DNA of 63,245 nucleotides, the filler included, from Saprolegnia diclina VS20 (taxonomy: Eukaryota): NCBI RefSeq assembly GCF_000281045.1. It is 9 parts of 5 records of this genome, joined end to end, with 100 filler letters (N's around TTAATTAATTAA, not from the genome) between each part and the next. Parts side by side here need not be neighbours in the genome. Positions count along the whole stretch, not along the records: positions 11,219 to 28,438 come from NW_008246244.1; positions 28,539 to 38,469 come from NW_008246245.1; 7 more parts are not named here. One strand, given 5' to 3'. Positions within the stretch are counted from its first letter, which is position 1, and every line of letters starts with the position of its first letter. Position numbers and translations under genes: made by a program. The notes beneath the pieces are model-generated. The model saw nothing but the letters and a program-made list of their open reading frames with translations. It made no database searches and had not been told where the DNA came from. Positions 23,056 through 34,844 of this stretch are shown here, in pieces.

Positions 23056-24414
23056 ATGGGTGCACCGGCCGGGCTACTCGCCGAGTGCCAGAAGCTGCTC
23101 GAGGCGTCGCCGTTCGAGTACAACCAGAGCTTGGCCCCGCACGTGCCAGCTGTGTGGCGTGGCCTGAGCACGTACATTGCGCGCCAGCTGCAGCAGCACC
23201 GCGCGATCTTTCTCCCGGCCTTTGGCAAGTTTACCTTTCTCAAAGGCAAAGACGACGCGCCGGCGTTCCTCTTTTCCGACAAATTTTTGAAGGCGCACCC
23301 GCGCATCGTGACCAAGCGACCGCTGCCGGCGCTCACGGTCCACGGCGCCGACGCCAACTACTCGACGGTCGCGGCCGAGGCGAGCGTCATGAAGGACCAA
23401 GCGCAGTCGATCGTCGAGAGCCTCTTTCAGCTACTGGGTGATGTGACCGAGGCGGGCACGCGCTCGATGCGCATAGCGTTTGGAAATCTCGGGCACATCA
23501 CGGTCGACGGCCGGAGTTTGCACTTTCGCTTTGACCCAGGATTTGTGATGCAATGTGGGACATCGCCCGCCGTGCACACGCCGCCGATCGCAACGCGCAC
23601 CGTGCTAGAGACGCTCGAGCACATGGCAGGTATCGCCAAGCCGGCGCCGACGCCCGTCCGTGACCCGACCCCGCTCTTTACCGTTCACACTGCCACGCCA
23701 AAGCTCCGCGACGAGGCGCCGACTGTGACCGTTGAGAGCGGCACCAAAACAAAGCCCAAGCGACGCACCAAGCAGCCGTCGCCACAGCTCGTCAAGTGCG
23801 CGTCCGAGTCCCTCGTCAGCTTTGCAGCGCAGCATACGGAAGCCCCGAGCATTCTGCCGCGCTTCCTCATTCCTGACTACCCGCGTGCGAGTCCCGTGAC
23901 GTCGGCGGTCCAACGGCTCATTGTCGAGCAAGCGTACAAGCGGTTAGACGAAGAGAAAGCGGCCAACGTCGACCGCAAGCTTACACTGGATCAGGACTAT
24001 GACGCCCGGTTCCGCAACACTGAATATCGAACGCTCAAGCAGCGCGCCGAGAAGGCGCTGGCGCAGCGCGAGACGACAGCGACTTTGATGCTGCAGACGC
24101 TCGAGAAGCAGCGGGCGGCACTGCCGTTGCCCGAGCCGTACGTCCCACTGACCGTGCTGCCCACCGCCAAGGTGCGCACCAAAGCCGAGGAAAAAGCTCG
24201 AAAAGCTGTGCTGCGCAAGCAGCTCGACGACCAAGTTGCGACGCAGACCCGGCGCGACGAGATGCAGAGTCGCGTCCAGCGCGACGAAGAGCGCTTCTTC
24301 TTAGAGAACGTCCACCGACAAGACAAGCGCGAGCGACACGAAGCTGCGGTGCAGCGCCAGCTCGACAAGGACATGCTTCTCACGGAGTGGAGTCGCCAGG
24401 TGCAGAAAAAGTAA
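23056..24414 (+). CDS. CCDC81-like protein (tandem HU-like domains + coiled coil)
   Basis: VWRGLSTYIARQLQQHRAIFLPAFGKFTF and IAFGNLGHITVDGRSLHFRF resemble the two HU-CCDC81 repeats; C-terminal coiled coil. Confidence 0.65.
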   Translation: MGAPAGLLAECQKLLEASPFEYNQSLAPHVPAVWRGLSTYIARQLQQHRAIFLPAFGKFTFLKGKDDAPAFLFSDKFLKAHPRIVTKRPLPALTVHGADANYSTVAAEASVMKDQAQSIVESLFQLLGDVTEAGTRSMRIAFGNLGHITVDGRSLHFRFDPGFVMQCGTSPAVHTPPIATRTVLETLEHMAGIAKPAPTPVRDPTPLFTVHTATPKLRDEAPTVTVESGTKTKPKRRTKQPSPQLVKCASESLVSFAAQHTEAPSILPRFLIPDYPRASPVTSAVQRLIVEQAYKRLDEEKAANVDRKLTLDQDYDARFRNTEYRTLKQRAEKALAQRETTATLMLQTLEKQRAALPLPEPYVPLTVLPTAKVRTKAEEKARKAVLRKQLDDQVATQTRRDEMQSRVQRDEERFFLENVHRQDKRERHEAAVQRQLDKDMLLTEWSRQVQKK

Positions 24415-24481
24415 ATACACCAGTGGCAAAGACGAGTCACCATCATTCGAATCGTTCGTGGAGAGTTGGTACTTAGTACTA

Positions 24482-25251
24482 TTACAGGTCAGGATCAAAC
24501 ATGGGCGGTGCAATCCGGAAGCTCGCAGGTTTCATCTGAAAGAGCATCGGCGGCGGCGCCATCTCGTCGTCGTCGTCGTCGTCCTGGAGCGCAGCAAACA
24601 CGTTCTTGGGCTTGGACACGCGGGCTTGAACGCGGACGGGCGCCACCGTGGGCGCCTGCTCGGTTGCCTACCGCCACTGTTGATTCGGTGATATTGGGCA
24701 GGTAGGAAGACGCACCATGAGGGGCTGCATGAACGCATCGAGGGCCGAGGTCGGTGCCGGCGCAGCCACCGGTACGAACGGGTTGCTCGCCCTAGAGCAG
24801 AGTCTCGTTGTACGCTCAAGAGACCATAGAGATGTACCCGAGAAAGCTGAAGGTAGGTGGCGCCATGACAAAGGCGGGCGCCGAAGCAGCGCGTTCCTTC
24901 CGAAGGTTGGTCGCATTCATCCGCTCTTCAAAGTTCTTTTGCTCGTCGAGGCGCTGCTTGCGCTGGAGCTCTTGGTGCTTGGTGGGTCGCTGGACCGTCT
25001 TGTTTACAGTCGCTTTGGCGGCGTTCGACGATGGACGCCTGCTCGCTGGATGAGATCACACTACGTAGAATGATCGGACGCACTTGTGGCCCTTGCTCAG
25101 GGCAGCAAAGGGCTGGCCTTTCTTGAGCGTCGGCTTGGCATGCACCTTCTTCTTCGCGGGCGCCTTGTCCTCTAGCAGAGCGCAGCGCACTATGAGCCGA
25201 CGCGCATCACCGCGAGCGTCTACGCTTCTTGCTGCTGCTGTTCTTGGCCAT
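24482..25251 (-). CDS. Hypothetical basic protein (multi-exon)
   Basis: GT-AG spliced frames join MAKNSSSKK...KKVHAKPTLKK...FVMAPPTFSF...KNVFAALQDDDDDE...FDPDL*. Confidence 0.6.
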
Positions 25252-25731
25252 GGCGCGACAACTCAATTGGTCCCAGCGCTCCCGTCCCGCAACCGATTGG
25301 CTCGCAACCAGCCGGCTTCTGAACCGGTTCCGTCGCACTTAAAGGGAGTTTGACACGCATCTAGTAAGTACGCGTAGTGCTGAAGCCTGATGACATGAGG
25401 GACGTTGACGATTGCAACTCAGGAGACCTTGTCCCGGCGACGGACGTGCGAGGGCCCAGGGTATGCAGCAAGGACTGAGTACCAGCAGCGGCGCTCACAA
25501 ATCGTCAAGTGCCATACCCCGCGGCTTCGCTCACTTGAACCTGTGCTCCAGGTCCATCCTTGGCGCGTTTTCGTGCAAACGGCAGAGCTACGCTAGACCT
25601 TCCGCCCAGAGCGCTGCCACCTGCCATCCAGCGCACGGCTGCATGCTCCTCGCTGACCGATGATCTCAACACCAAGTCCAAACACACATAGCATTATACT
25701 AGTATAAGAATACGAATACTTAGACTTTGAT

Positions 25732-26481
25732 TTAGGCGATCATGGCCAACACTTCCGCACCAAAGGCCGAGCTGCGCAGCTCGCCAGCCACAAGAAGGAC
25801 GCGGGAGAGCGAGATGTGGCGCAGCGTCCAGCCCAACTCAAAGGGCAGCTTTTCTTGCGCGAAAAACATCTCGAGCCAATCGAGGCGCATCGCGCCAGAG
25901 TCGTCTTCAAACGCGACAAAGAGGACTGCGGCCTCGGCGTACGCAACGACCTGCTCGCGCGCGCCAAAGCGAAATGCCGGGTTGCGCGCCTTGCTGTCGG
26001 CGGCGCGCGCGAGGCGATAGGCCGCGAGCTCCGCCTTTGTTATGTACTTGCCGTCCGACGAGATCGCTTGGAACGCCGCGAGCAGCGTCGGGTCCAGCTT
26101 GGTGTTGTCGCCGAGGGCCGCGTCCTGGCGCGTGAGCGACGCATCGTGCTCGATCGCGCCGTGCACATCGAGGTCGGCGAGCGTGAGCAAGCCGCCATGG
26201 CCCAGCGCCATGACGCTATCGCGCGAGAGGATGCGCTGGATGAGGCTGTCGCACTGCAGCGCTCCGAGTGCAGAGCGCAGGTCCGAGGCCGAGATGTTGC
26301 TGCGCGGCAAGACGCCATGGTTCGAGAGCGCGTTGAGCATTGGGCACGGTGCCATGTTGGTCGGGTCGGTCGGCGACCACGGCTGGAACGGCGGCGGGTT
26401 CGAGGCGTACGAGGCAAATCTGCGCGCAGACGTGGCGAGGACGGCAAGCGCCGCAGCCATCTGGAGGCTAGTAGGACGCAT
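25732..26481 (-). CDS. Heme-thiolate peroxidase / unspecific peroxygenase (chloroperoxidase family)
   Basis: APCPMLNALSNHG (proximal Cys, PCP motif), IEHDASLTRQD and EKLP motifs; signal-like N-terminus. Confidence 0.9.
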   Translation of the reverse strand: MRPTSLQMAAALAVLATSARRFASYASNPPPFQPWSPTDPTNMAPCPMLNALSNHGVLPRSNISASDLRSALGALQCDSLIQRILSRDSVMALGHGGLLTLADLDVHGAIEHDASLTRQDAALGDNTKLDPTLLAAFQAISSDGKYITKAELAAYRLARAADSKARNPAFRFGAREQVVAYAEAAVLFVAFEDDSGAMRLDWLEMFFAQEKLPFELGWTLRHISLSRVLLVAGELRSSAFGAEVLAMIA

Positions 26482-27324
26482 GCTCCAGAAACCTCGAAAG
26501 TGAGCGGTCGATCGGTCAAGCACTTTGCGCGACAGGGCGCGTACACCATCTGGTCGATCTTGAACGCAACGGATTTCTTCTCCAACTTTTTACTTCGGAA
26601 ATGGACTTTGCAGTGCTCTTCTCATCGCGGCCTCACAGCGATGCTAGCTAGCTGTGACTAGCACAGTGATGCGACACCACGTACAGCAACATCGGGCGAT
26701 CTGCCGGCGCTGAACCGGTGACTCGGTTGCAGCCGATGAAGGCAACGGAACTCGACACACCTGCTGACTCTGCTATGCTGACTCGGAGGTGCAAAGCCCA
26801 ACGGTTGTGGCAAATCTTACTGTCGCTTCGTCTTGTATTCTGCCCACATACCTTCTCTCGACCTCTAGGTTTCCGGATGCTTGGTCGTGACAGCATGCTT
26901 CCTGTGTCGTGCGTCGTCGGCTCGAGGTGGTCGTGGGGGCGAGGAGGTTGGTGCGACTGCTTCTTACGACACGAGCGATTTACAAGCACTAGAGTTGCGA
27001 GCATGGTACCGGTACGTGTTCTGGTGTCGACTAGAGTGGAGTCAACCGTTTGGCTCACTATCGGTTATAATGGACACATATGGTTTTCATCCGAATCCGG
27101 ATACTCGGACACCCGCGGACAATTGAAGCGCCAAGGCTATCATACCATGTGTGTCATTCGGACCTTGAGCTCATGCGAGGGACGGAGGTACTGCTCAAGG
27201 CGCTAACGTGCGGCATCGATAGGATCTCGTTGTGGCTGCGACCAGTAGCGCGTACTTCTCCAATGAGATTGACGCTTCGGTGGACGAGCTCGCCTTGGAC
27301 GTCCCGTAACCCTTGCTTTAGTGC

Positions 27325-27860
27325 GGCAATACGGCGCTGCTTACGTCAGCAAGTGCTGGCCACGTCACCGTTCTCGAGAGGCTCTTGGCGTCGGCAACCT
27401 TCGACGTCAACGCCCCCAACAAGGTAGTATAAAGACCAGTCGATCAACATGCATGCCCAACTTGCTGTTAGGATAGCGCGACGGCCTCCTTCTAGCGACC
27501 GAGCATGGACCCAGCGACTGCGCGCTACTATTGATATCGTGCAGAGCCGATGTACACGCGAAACACTCGTACTGTTACCAGCACTCGACTGCAGCGTTGA
27601 CAACGATTTAGCACGACGGGTGCTCGGCCTTGTACTATGCGTGCTACCGCGGCATCGACGTGATCGTGTCACGCGTCCTGGAAGCGGGCCGTCAACCGCG
27701 TGACCAAGGAACGCGCGGGTGGCGAGGATTCTACGACGTGGCGCCGTCGTAGGGCGGCATGACACTGCACATGGCCCTCGGGTGCGCACTATCGAGCGAT
27801 CGCCGACATGCTCTCAGCGCTCGTGCGAGCCGGCGCCAATCTGAACGCGTTGGATCCGTG
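27325..27860 (+). pseudogene. Decayed ankyrin-repeat gene fragments
   Basis: TALLTSASAGHVTVLERLLASATFDVNAPNK (~27330-27423) and MLSALVRAGANLNALD (~27808-27857) lie in broken frames. Confidence 0.5.
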
Positions 27861-29030
27861 CCTTGCAGTTTAAAGTTGATGGTAGATGATTAGTTTGTAT
27901 ATCCGCAAATTGGGGCTCCAACCCACGTCGACGCGCGGTGTCTACTGCGTCCATCTGTCGTCAGCGTTGCCAGCGACGCTCCAAAGCGCCTTGGCGACGC
28001 TCGAGGCCAGCGCGTCGCTGTCGGACGTTCGTGTCTGCACCATTGTCGACCCAGCGCTCTACGCGGGCCTCTACGCCGCACCCGCTTTGCCGTGGCTCCA
28101 CACTATCTACGCCTCGATACCACCGACAATTGCGTCGTCTTGGCTCGGACGAGAACGAGTCCCGACCGCGGTCTGCTAAGTCCTCCGAATGCTACCGCAT
28201 CAGTGACGTGGGACACGACGACCCATACGGTGGTGTTAGAGAGCTATATCCTGCACGTACCAACGAACGACCAATGTCGCCACATATGCAGCGCTGCAAA
28301 CCTCCCTTGAGTGATGCTGCCGCTCCGCGTCCGTCACCGCAACCTCGGCAAACCGCGTGCAAAAGCGCGAGCACACGGCTCCGCACGTCGCCTTTCCCAT
28401 CGTACACAGCAACGTGGAGCCAAGGACGCTTTGATTTTNNNNNNNNNNNNNNNNNNNNNNNNNNNNNNNNNNNNNNNNNNNNTTAATTAATTAANNNNNN
28501 NNNNNNNNNNNNNNNNNNNNNNNNNNNNNNNNNNNNNNTCTTTAGGTCGTTGGTACAGCTTGCGGCGTCTGCAGTCCTCCCGACCATTTAGCTACCGACG
28601 GCAACTCAGTGAGCCGGTTACCTTCTTATTGGCTAGAATCCGCCAATCAGAATCAGATTGTACGGTTTCGGAGATTTTGGCGCCAACCAACAAGACTGAA
28701 AATAAGATCACCACCGCAGCTCTGATCGCAGCTCGTTGTTTAATACTAGTTGAGTTTAGTACGAAATGGTGTTCTACTTCTTCATTCAACAAATGTACAG
28801 TATTCTTAATCTGTCCTTCTTAGGAGCAGTTACCGTATACCTCAAAACAACTCACCTCGCGATTTTACCCCTAACCTCGATTTTCCTCAAAATAACTCAC
28901 TAATCCCAATTTTGGCCCTCACAATAACTCACTATCCAAATTTTCATAATGCACCGTATGGTGTCAAGCGCTGACTCGAAATCTCAGAATAACACACCAC
29001 GACATTTATGAAGCTGGTGTTAACCTTGCC

Positions 29031-29850
29031 CTAGTCGAGGGTGAGGGGCTGCAAATTGGTGAGCATCGCCTCGTACGCGCCAGTCATGTTCAAGCCGTCT
29101 AGGTGGGCCTTGAACCGATCTTGGTTGGTCGCCCACGGGTTCATTCCGCACGTGTCGTAGGCGTCGGCGATCCATCGACGAGTGCGATTGTCCTTGTTGA
29201 TGTCGGCGTAGACCTTCTCGACAAAACCGAAGACGCGGTCGCGTCTGACGCGAAAGAGATCGCCGGGCGTCGCATCGTCCAGGGCGTCGATGCGGTGACC
29301 GTAGTAAAGCTCGCGCAGTCGAGACTTGATAGGCTTGTTCAGCGCGATGTCGCCGACTTGGTGGATGCTCGTCATGCCTTCACGGATGTACTCGAGGGAG
29401 ATACGTCCTTCACACTCGTCTTTGACAAAGACGTCGACGGCTTCACCAAAGTGAGTCGTCGACCGGTCCACGATGACACCTATGTGTGTTGAATGACGTC
29501 ACGGTGTGCTTTAGTCAAAAAGGTGTACCGAGTTTTTTCTTGGGGTACAGAGCAAGAAGCCACGACAGGAACATCATGAAGATGTTTTGCGTCATCCAGT
29601 GCGACTCATTGAAGAGGACGACACTCTCTTCGTGCTGCGCCCACTCGGTCATCAATTTCGCCCCAAACTTGCCTGTGTCGATGATGAACGGAGGCAGCAG
29701 CTTGGACTGCGTAAGCTCGCACGCGACGACAAGCGTCAGACCTTTCTTGTCGTCGTCGACTGGGTTGTTCGTTCCAACACGCTTGGTTCCCGTAGGAACT
29801 AGGACCGCTTTCGACGCTGGGTGGAACCTAAATGATGCGTCCGTGAGTTT
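29031..29850 (-). pseudogene. pogo/CENP-B-type DDE transposase catalytic region (no DNA-binding domain visible)
   Basis: Exons 29850-29529 and 29479-29031 (49-nt GT-AG intron): KGLTLVVAC...KLLPPFII...SHWMT...GVIVDRSTTH...IREGMTSIHQVGDIALNKPIK; 38 residues between the 2nd and 3rd Asp. Confidence 0.85.
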
Positions 29851-29894
29851 CCTGGTATTGCAGAGAGCATATCAGGAGTATGCGGGTCACTCAC

Positions 29895-30380
29895 AAGAGA
29901 AAGGTCTAGATCCACGTTGAACAAGGACCCCCTGAATGGGTGGTGAATGACGCGGATCGTGTCTTCTGAGGGCTCCTTCTCCGGAGTGCCACAGTGTTGG
30001 TGCAGATAGCTCTTGGCAGAGAAGACAAACAGACCCCGGGCCGTGAAGGCGACGGTTTCCACGTCGATACCGAACGCCAAAGTGACGATGCACACGTCCA
30101 CCGTCGACCGCCATGTCCTGTCCTGCGCCAGACCGGCCAGAAACTCATCAAAGTTCTCGGTGTGGACGCCGAGTTGATGATGGATGCGAGCACAAAGCCC
30201 TCGATTTTCACCAGAAGCGAAGTCGAAGAGACGGCCACGGAGCTCCTCGGCACTGGCACAGTTGAGGTTGCGAGATGCCACGATGCTGTGGAAGAGGCAG
30301 TTGCCGTCGCCGGGGACGTCGATGACGGAGAAGGTTTGCTCGTTGATCATCACAAAGGAGGGAATTGCGGTCATGTTCAT
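29895..30380 (-). CDS. OTU-like cysteine protease domain (first exon of the transposon gene)
   Basis: IDVPGDGNCLFHSI (OTU Asp/Cys box), EELR, TWRSTVD (W-x-x box); ends at a GTGAGT donor at 29894. The His box is not clearly present. Confidence 0.75.
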
Positions 30381-30528
30381 GCTGGCTTGGGGGACGAGGT
30401 GCAATGTAGGAATGAGAGTTGAAGAACATCAATTTAATTAGGTACCGGTACCGCTCAGGGTCACGCAAGTCTCTCTCCCAAAGGTCTCTCCCAGTACCGA
30501 TTTCTCTTTTTCAAAAATTGGATCGTAC

Positions 30529-30613
30529 AAAACCCCTGATTTAGAGGAATTGAACCCGCGCCGCAACAACTCACGCTATTAATTGCGAGCTCTAACGGCT
30601 ACGCTACGATTCC
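30529..30613 (-). ncRNA. tRNA-like Pol III cassette inside the pogo element
   Basis: Minus strand reads TAGCGTAGCCGTTAGAGC (A-box/D-arm-like), CGCAA/TTGCG stem, GGTTCAATTCC (B-box), then TTTT. The acceptor stem does not pair, so it is not a functional tRNA. Confidence 0.5.
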
Positions 30614-31362
30614 GTGACAATACTAAAACATAATCATGTTTAAAGTATAGTGTGTAACAAGCTGTAACGCGGCGTACTGTATCACATCATAATATCACAC
30701 CACTGCCCAATTTGGATGAGACCTCATAATAACTCATTTTTAGGGAAATTGCACATCATAAATTTTCCTCTTTTTTGGCCGATTTGGTGGGTGAGTTGTT
30801 TTGAGGTATACGGTAGGACCACCGTGAACGCTTAGCGGCCGGTGGGTCCGTCGACTTGGCTTCTGATTNNNNNNNNNNNNNNNNNNNNNNNNNNNNNNNN
30901 NNNNNNNNNNNNNNNNNNNNNNNNNNNNNNNNNNNNNNNNNNNNNNNNNNNNNNNNNNNNNNNNNNNNNNNNNNNNNNNNNNNNNNNNNNNNNNNNNNNN
31001 NNNNNNNNNNNNNNNNNNNNNNNNNNNNNNNNNNNNNNNNNNNNNNNNNNNNNNNNNNNNNNNNNNNNNNNNNNNNNNNNNNNNNNNNNNNNNNNNNNNN
31101 NNNNNNNNNNNNNNNNNNNNNNNNNNNNNNNNNNNNNNNNNNNNNNNNNNNNNNNNNNNNNNNNNNNNNNNNNNNNNNNNNNNNNNNNNNNNNNNNNNNN
31201 NNNNNNNNNNNNNNNNNNNNNNNNNNNNNNNNNNNNNNNNNNNNNNNNNNNNNNNNNNNNNNNNNNNNNNNNNNNNNNNNNNNNNNNNNNNNNNNNNNNN
31301 NNNNNNNNNNNNNNNNNNNNNNNNNNNNNNNNNNNNNNNNNNNNNNNNNNNNNNNNNNNNNN

Positions 31363-33651
31363 ACATTTCGGCAAAGTGCAGTTCTTGGTTTGGCGCAAAG
31401 CGTCGCAAGAGATGCAGCGCGTCGAGAACGAGTCGGGCGCCGACCTTGGCGTCGGATGCCATCGTTGTCGGGTACTTGTCAATGTCGCGCGCATGCGGCC
31501 ACAAAGACGCGTTGGCCAAGGCGTGCACCGAGGCGTCAATGTAGGCAATGACGAGGTCGCCCACGGCCGGCACCGAGTCCTCCGGCATCGTCGTGAGAGC
31601 CGGTAGCAAAGCAAGTCCACAGAGCTTTGCGCACGTGCCAAAGAGCGCTGCATCGAGTCGATGTGCATGGCTGGCCACTGCAAACACTGCTAGCACAACG
31701 TCAAGGTCGCTGAATATGACGTCGTGAGGTATATAGCTTTGTAGCACCTCGGCAAGACTATCGACGACAGCGAGCGGTAAATTTATGGCAGGCTGACAGC
31801 GCAAGGCCGTGGTGAGACCGACGGCGACAGCCTCGAGCGGATCAAAGGCATCAGGCGACAAGAGAAAGCCCGAAACCGGCAGCGGCGCATAGAGGTAGGC
31901 GTCAACAGCGGCAACGACCATCGGTGGCAACCACCGGCTCAAGAAGCTTGCCTTTTCAAGTGGTGGTACCGTCGTCTTGACGTAGTGCTCGAGCAAAATG
32001 AGACCTTGAACAACCGCTGGACCGCGACGTACACCAAACTCGTCCGTGAAGAGCTGGGGGGTTCGAAGCACGGCGTCATAGCATCGCTTGAAGAGCTCGG
32101 CTTCAAACGGCTGCTGCAACGGTCGACACACTGGCGCTTCCGTGTCGAGGCCGGCCAAGCTTATGAGTAGCTGCACGGTGGCATCCGGGTGCGTCTTGAT
32201 CCAGCGCTGAACGAGGCCAAACATCGCATCCAGCAGCGGCTCCCAGCCGAACGTGGTCAAGAGGCTGTAGACAACAGGTGCGACCTCGGCGACCGACACG
32301 TGTTGGTCCTGGAGCGTGACAACGTCGCGGAGATAAAGGGTGGCAAGGGCGACGTCGTTGAGCGCCATCAAGATACGCTGCATGGACGGCAGGTGCCGCG
32401 CAAAGCGCAGAGGTACCGTCGTTGCACTATCGTGAGGCAGCGAATGCGATCCGACGATCGCGGGGCCGTGGACATCGAACGCCGGCAAGGTCCCAAACAC
32501 TAGATCGTGCGTAGATGCGAGACTGAGATACGTGCTGTCGTCATCCCGCTGCTGGGCTAAGCCGCGTCTCTAGAAAGCTAAAGACGCCGCCGAGATCGAC
32601 AAGACACACGCGGTGGGGCTTGGACCAAAGTACGATTGCGCGCTTATACGCAAGGTGCTTGTACGGCGGCATGTGCAAGAAGGCTTGGGGCGACTGGCCG
32701 ATCCAGGCCGCCACGACTGCGTCTGGCATCTCGCACGCAGGGTGCGGCAGTAGCGAGATGACTTTGCTCTCAGGGCCGTCGAGCTCAGCGAGTCCGACGT
32801 CATAGGCACCCGAGGCGACAAGTGCTGCAAATGAACGCTTGATTCCACTTGCCAAGCGACGCAAACGAGAGCGGCTCGTTAGAGGCGGAGAGAGCCCGCC
32901 CGAGCCGCTGAAATGGCTCTGTCATCGATCGGCTGAGCGCCTGGAAGGCAGCAACAGCCGCGTCGGGCGCCGGCGGCACGAGCACCGTGGGCCCGTTGAC
33001 ATCGGCATGGTACAGCCGGTAGACGAGCGCAGTATGGCGGCCACTCGTGATCCGCGCCGACGTGATGGTCGTCGATAGCAAAGCAGCTGCGTACACCGCC
33101 ATGCCGCAAGCGCTGACCGTTTGCGGCATTTCGCCGCGGGCAAAGGTGAGGTCACCACCGCTGTATGAGGACGGCAACAGCACGATGAGGAGGCCAAAGA
33201 AGGCTGCGTTGACATTGTTGTCGGCGCTAGGGCGCAAGCGAAAGGCGCTGGCGTCGCCGACGTCGTCAATGACCATGTGCGAGAGCTCGGTCGCGACGTG
33301 GGTTGACAATGGCACCCAACACGGGATTAGCGCCTCCTACATATCGTCGTTCGCTGTGTCGAACGAGTCCATGCAGCGCGGGCCCAAGTCCATGTCGACG
33401 GACGGAACGGTCTTGTCAGGGTACAGCGCGCTTATCTGCGCGGCGTCGTGAGCGCAGAGCGGCCATGAGAGCGGCGCGTCGAGGCCTCGAACGTTAAAGC
33501 GGATACGCGCCGGGCGTGGAGCCGGGCCCGCAACGACAAACGTACCGGGCACTGGAAGCTGTGCAAAGGTGGCTTCGTAGCCCGCAGTGTGAACGTAGCG
33601 CTCGCCCTTGCGCGGGCTCTCAGGCATGTGCAGCATCAGCATCGTTTTCAC
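31363..33651 (-). pseudogene. Disrupted gene of a large-protein family with a degenerate 2OG-Fe(II) oxygenase-like N-terminal domain
   Basis: FGLLIVLLPSSYSGGDL...ITSGRHTALVYRL; in-frame stop at 33337-39; frameshifts near 32820 and 32520; 3' end in gap; paralogous to 39372-42262. Confidence 0.65.
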
Positions 33652-33941
33652 ACTGAGGTAAAACGAATGAACCAGTACTTTGCTATTTTTGCCTCTTACT
33701 AACTAGAGATGAGAGGGACAAGAACCGGGTCAATGGCAGTCGCGAGTGGGCGCTGGTCGATGCTAATGGCGCCTGATCTGGAGTACCAGAATATCTCGGT
33801 CGTGTACCTTCGCTTCGTCCCCAGGCTGGTCAACGCAAGCTCGAATCAGAGCGTGCCAGCACAGCCGCTTTCTCCGGATAACCGATGTCGATGTATCCGG
33901 ATTGGTCGGTTGACGCGTCCATTTTTCGATATTCGCCGAGC

Positions 33942-34844
33942 ATGATCCTGAACGAGCTCCTCTTCGGGCTGCTCTGCGTCGAGGCCGTCGTCTGCCTCTT
34001 CCTCTGCCTCCCCTTCTTCAAGCACATGACGCAGGCCACCGTGGCCTTCCTCTCGACCAACGTCTTCCCGCCCAACTCGGGCGCGGCCATGGTCGGGTAC
34101 GTCGCCGCAGCTTGCCACCTCGGGCGCTAAGCTCACACCACCGTAGGAACATTGTCTTGGCCGTTGTCGGGCTTCTCTTTCTCGGTACGGAGCCACGCCT
34201 ATCGTGGGCCATGACTCATGATGCGTGTAGCCAACGTGCAGACGTCACTCAAGTACCGCAACTCGGACGAGGTGCTCTCGGATGGACTGCGCATCCGCCT
34301 GCTCGTGGCCCAGCGCGATATGTACATTTCGGGCTTTTGCCTCTTCCTCTTTGCGCTCCTCCGCCTTGTGTACTCGAGCATGGTGACCAACATCTCGCTC
34401 GAGAAAAAGTACGAGGCCATGGAGAAGCAGGCGAAGAACGCGTCGTCGGGCTACTCGAAGCTCATTGACGAGCACGATACGCTCCAGAAGCAGCTCAAGA
34501 AACTCTCGGGCTTTGAAGCCGACGGGAAGGGCCTTGAAGCGCTCTTGGCCGAGAACGCGGCACTCGAGAAGGAGGTGGGAACCCTCACGAAGAGCCTCGC
34601 GACGGCCGAAACCACGGTCGGGAACGTCAAGAAGCAGGCAGAGAACCAGAGCACTGCGTACATGAAGCTGCTCGACGACTCGGCGGCCAAAGACGCCAAG
34701 GTTGACGAACTCAAGGCTGCGCAAAAGTCGATCGTCGATCTCAAGGCGACGGTCGCCGAGCTCACAAAGGAGCGCGACTCGCTCAAGACGCAGATCCAAG
34801 ACTATGACTTTATGTTTGCGGACGCCAAGAAGAAGGCCTTGTAA
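33942..34844 (+). CDS. BAP29/BAP31-family ER membrane protein
   Basis: Three N-terminal TMs, AQRDMYISGF motif, long coiled coil and C-terminal KKAL (KKXX ER retrieval); 2 introns. Confidence 0.88.

Larger units (their letters stand above)
28833..30813 (-). mobile_element. pogo-like (Tc1/mariner superfamily) DNA transposon, internally deleted, with OTU domain
   Basis: Perfect 24-bp TIRs ccgtatacctcaaaacaactcacc (28833-28856 / 30790-30813); TA on both sides (28831-32, 30814-15); subterminal cctcaNaataactca repeats (~28885, ~28917, ~30722); DDE_1-type coding sequence inside. Confidence 0.93.
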
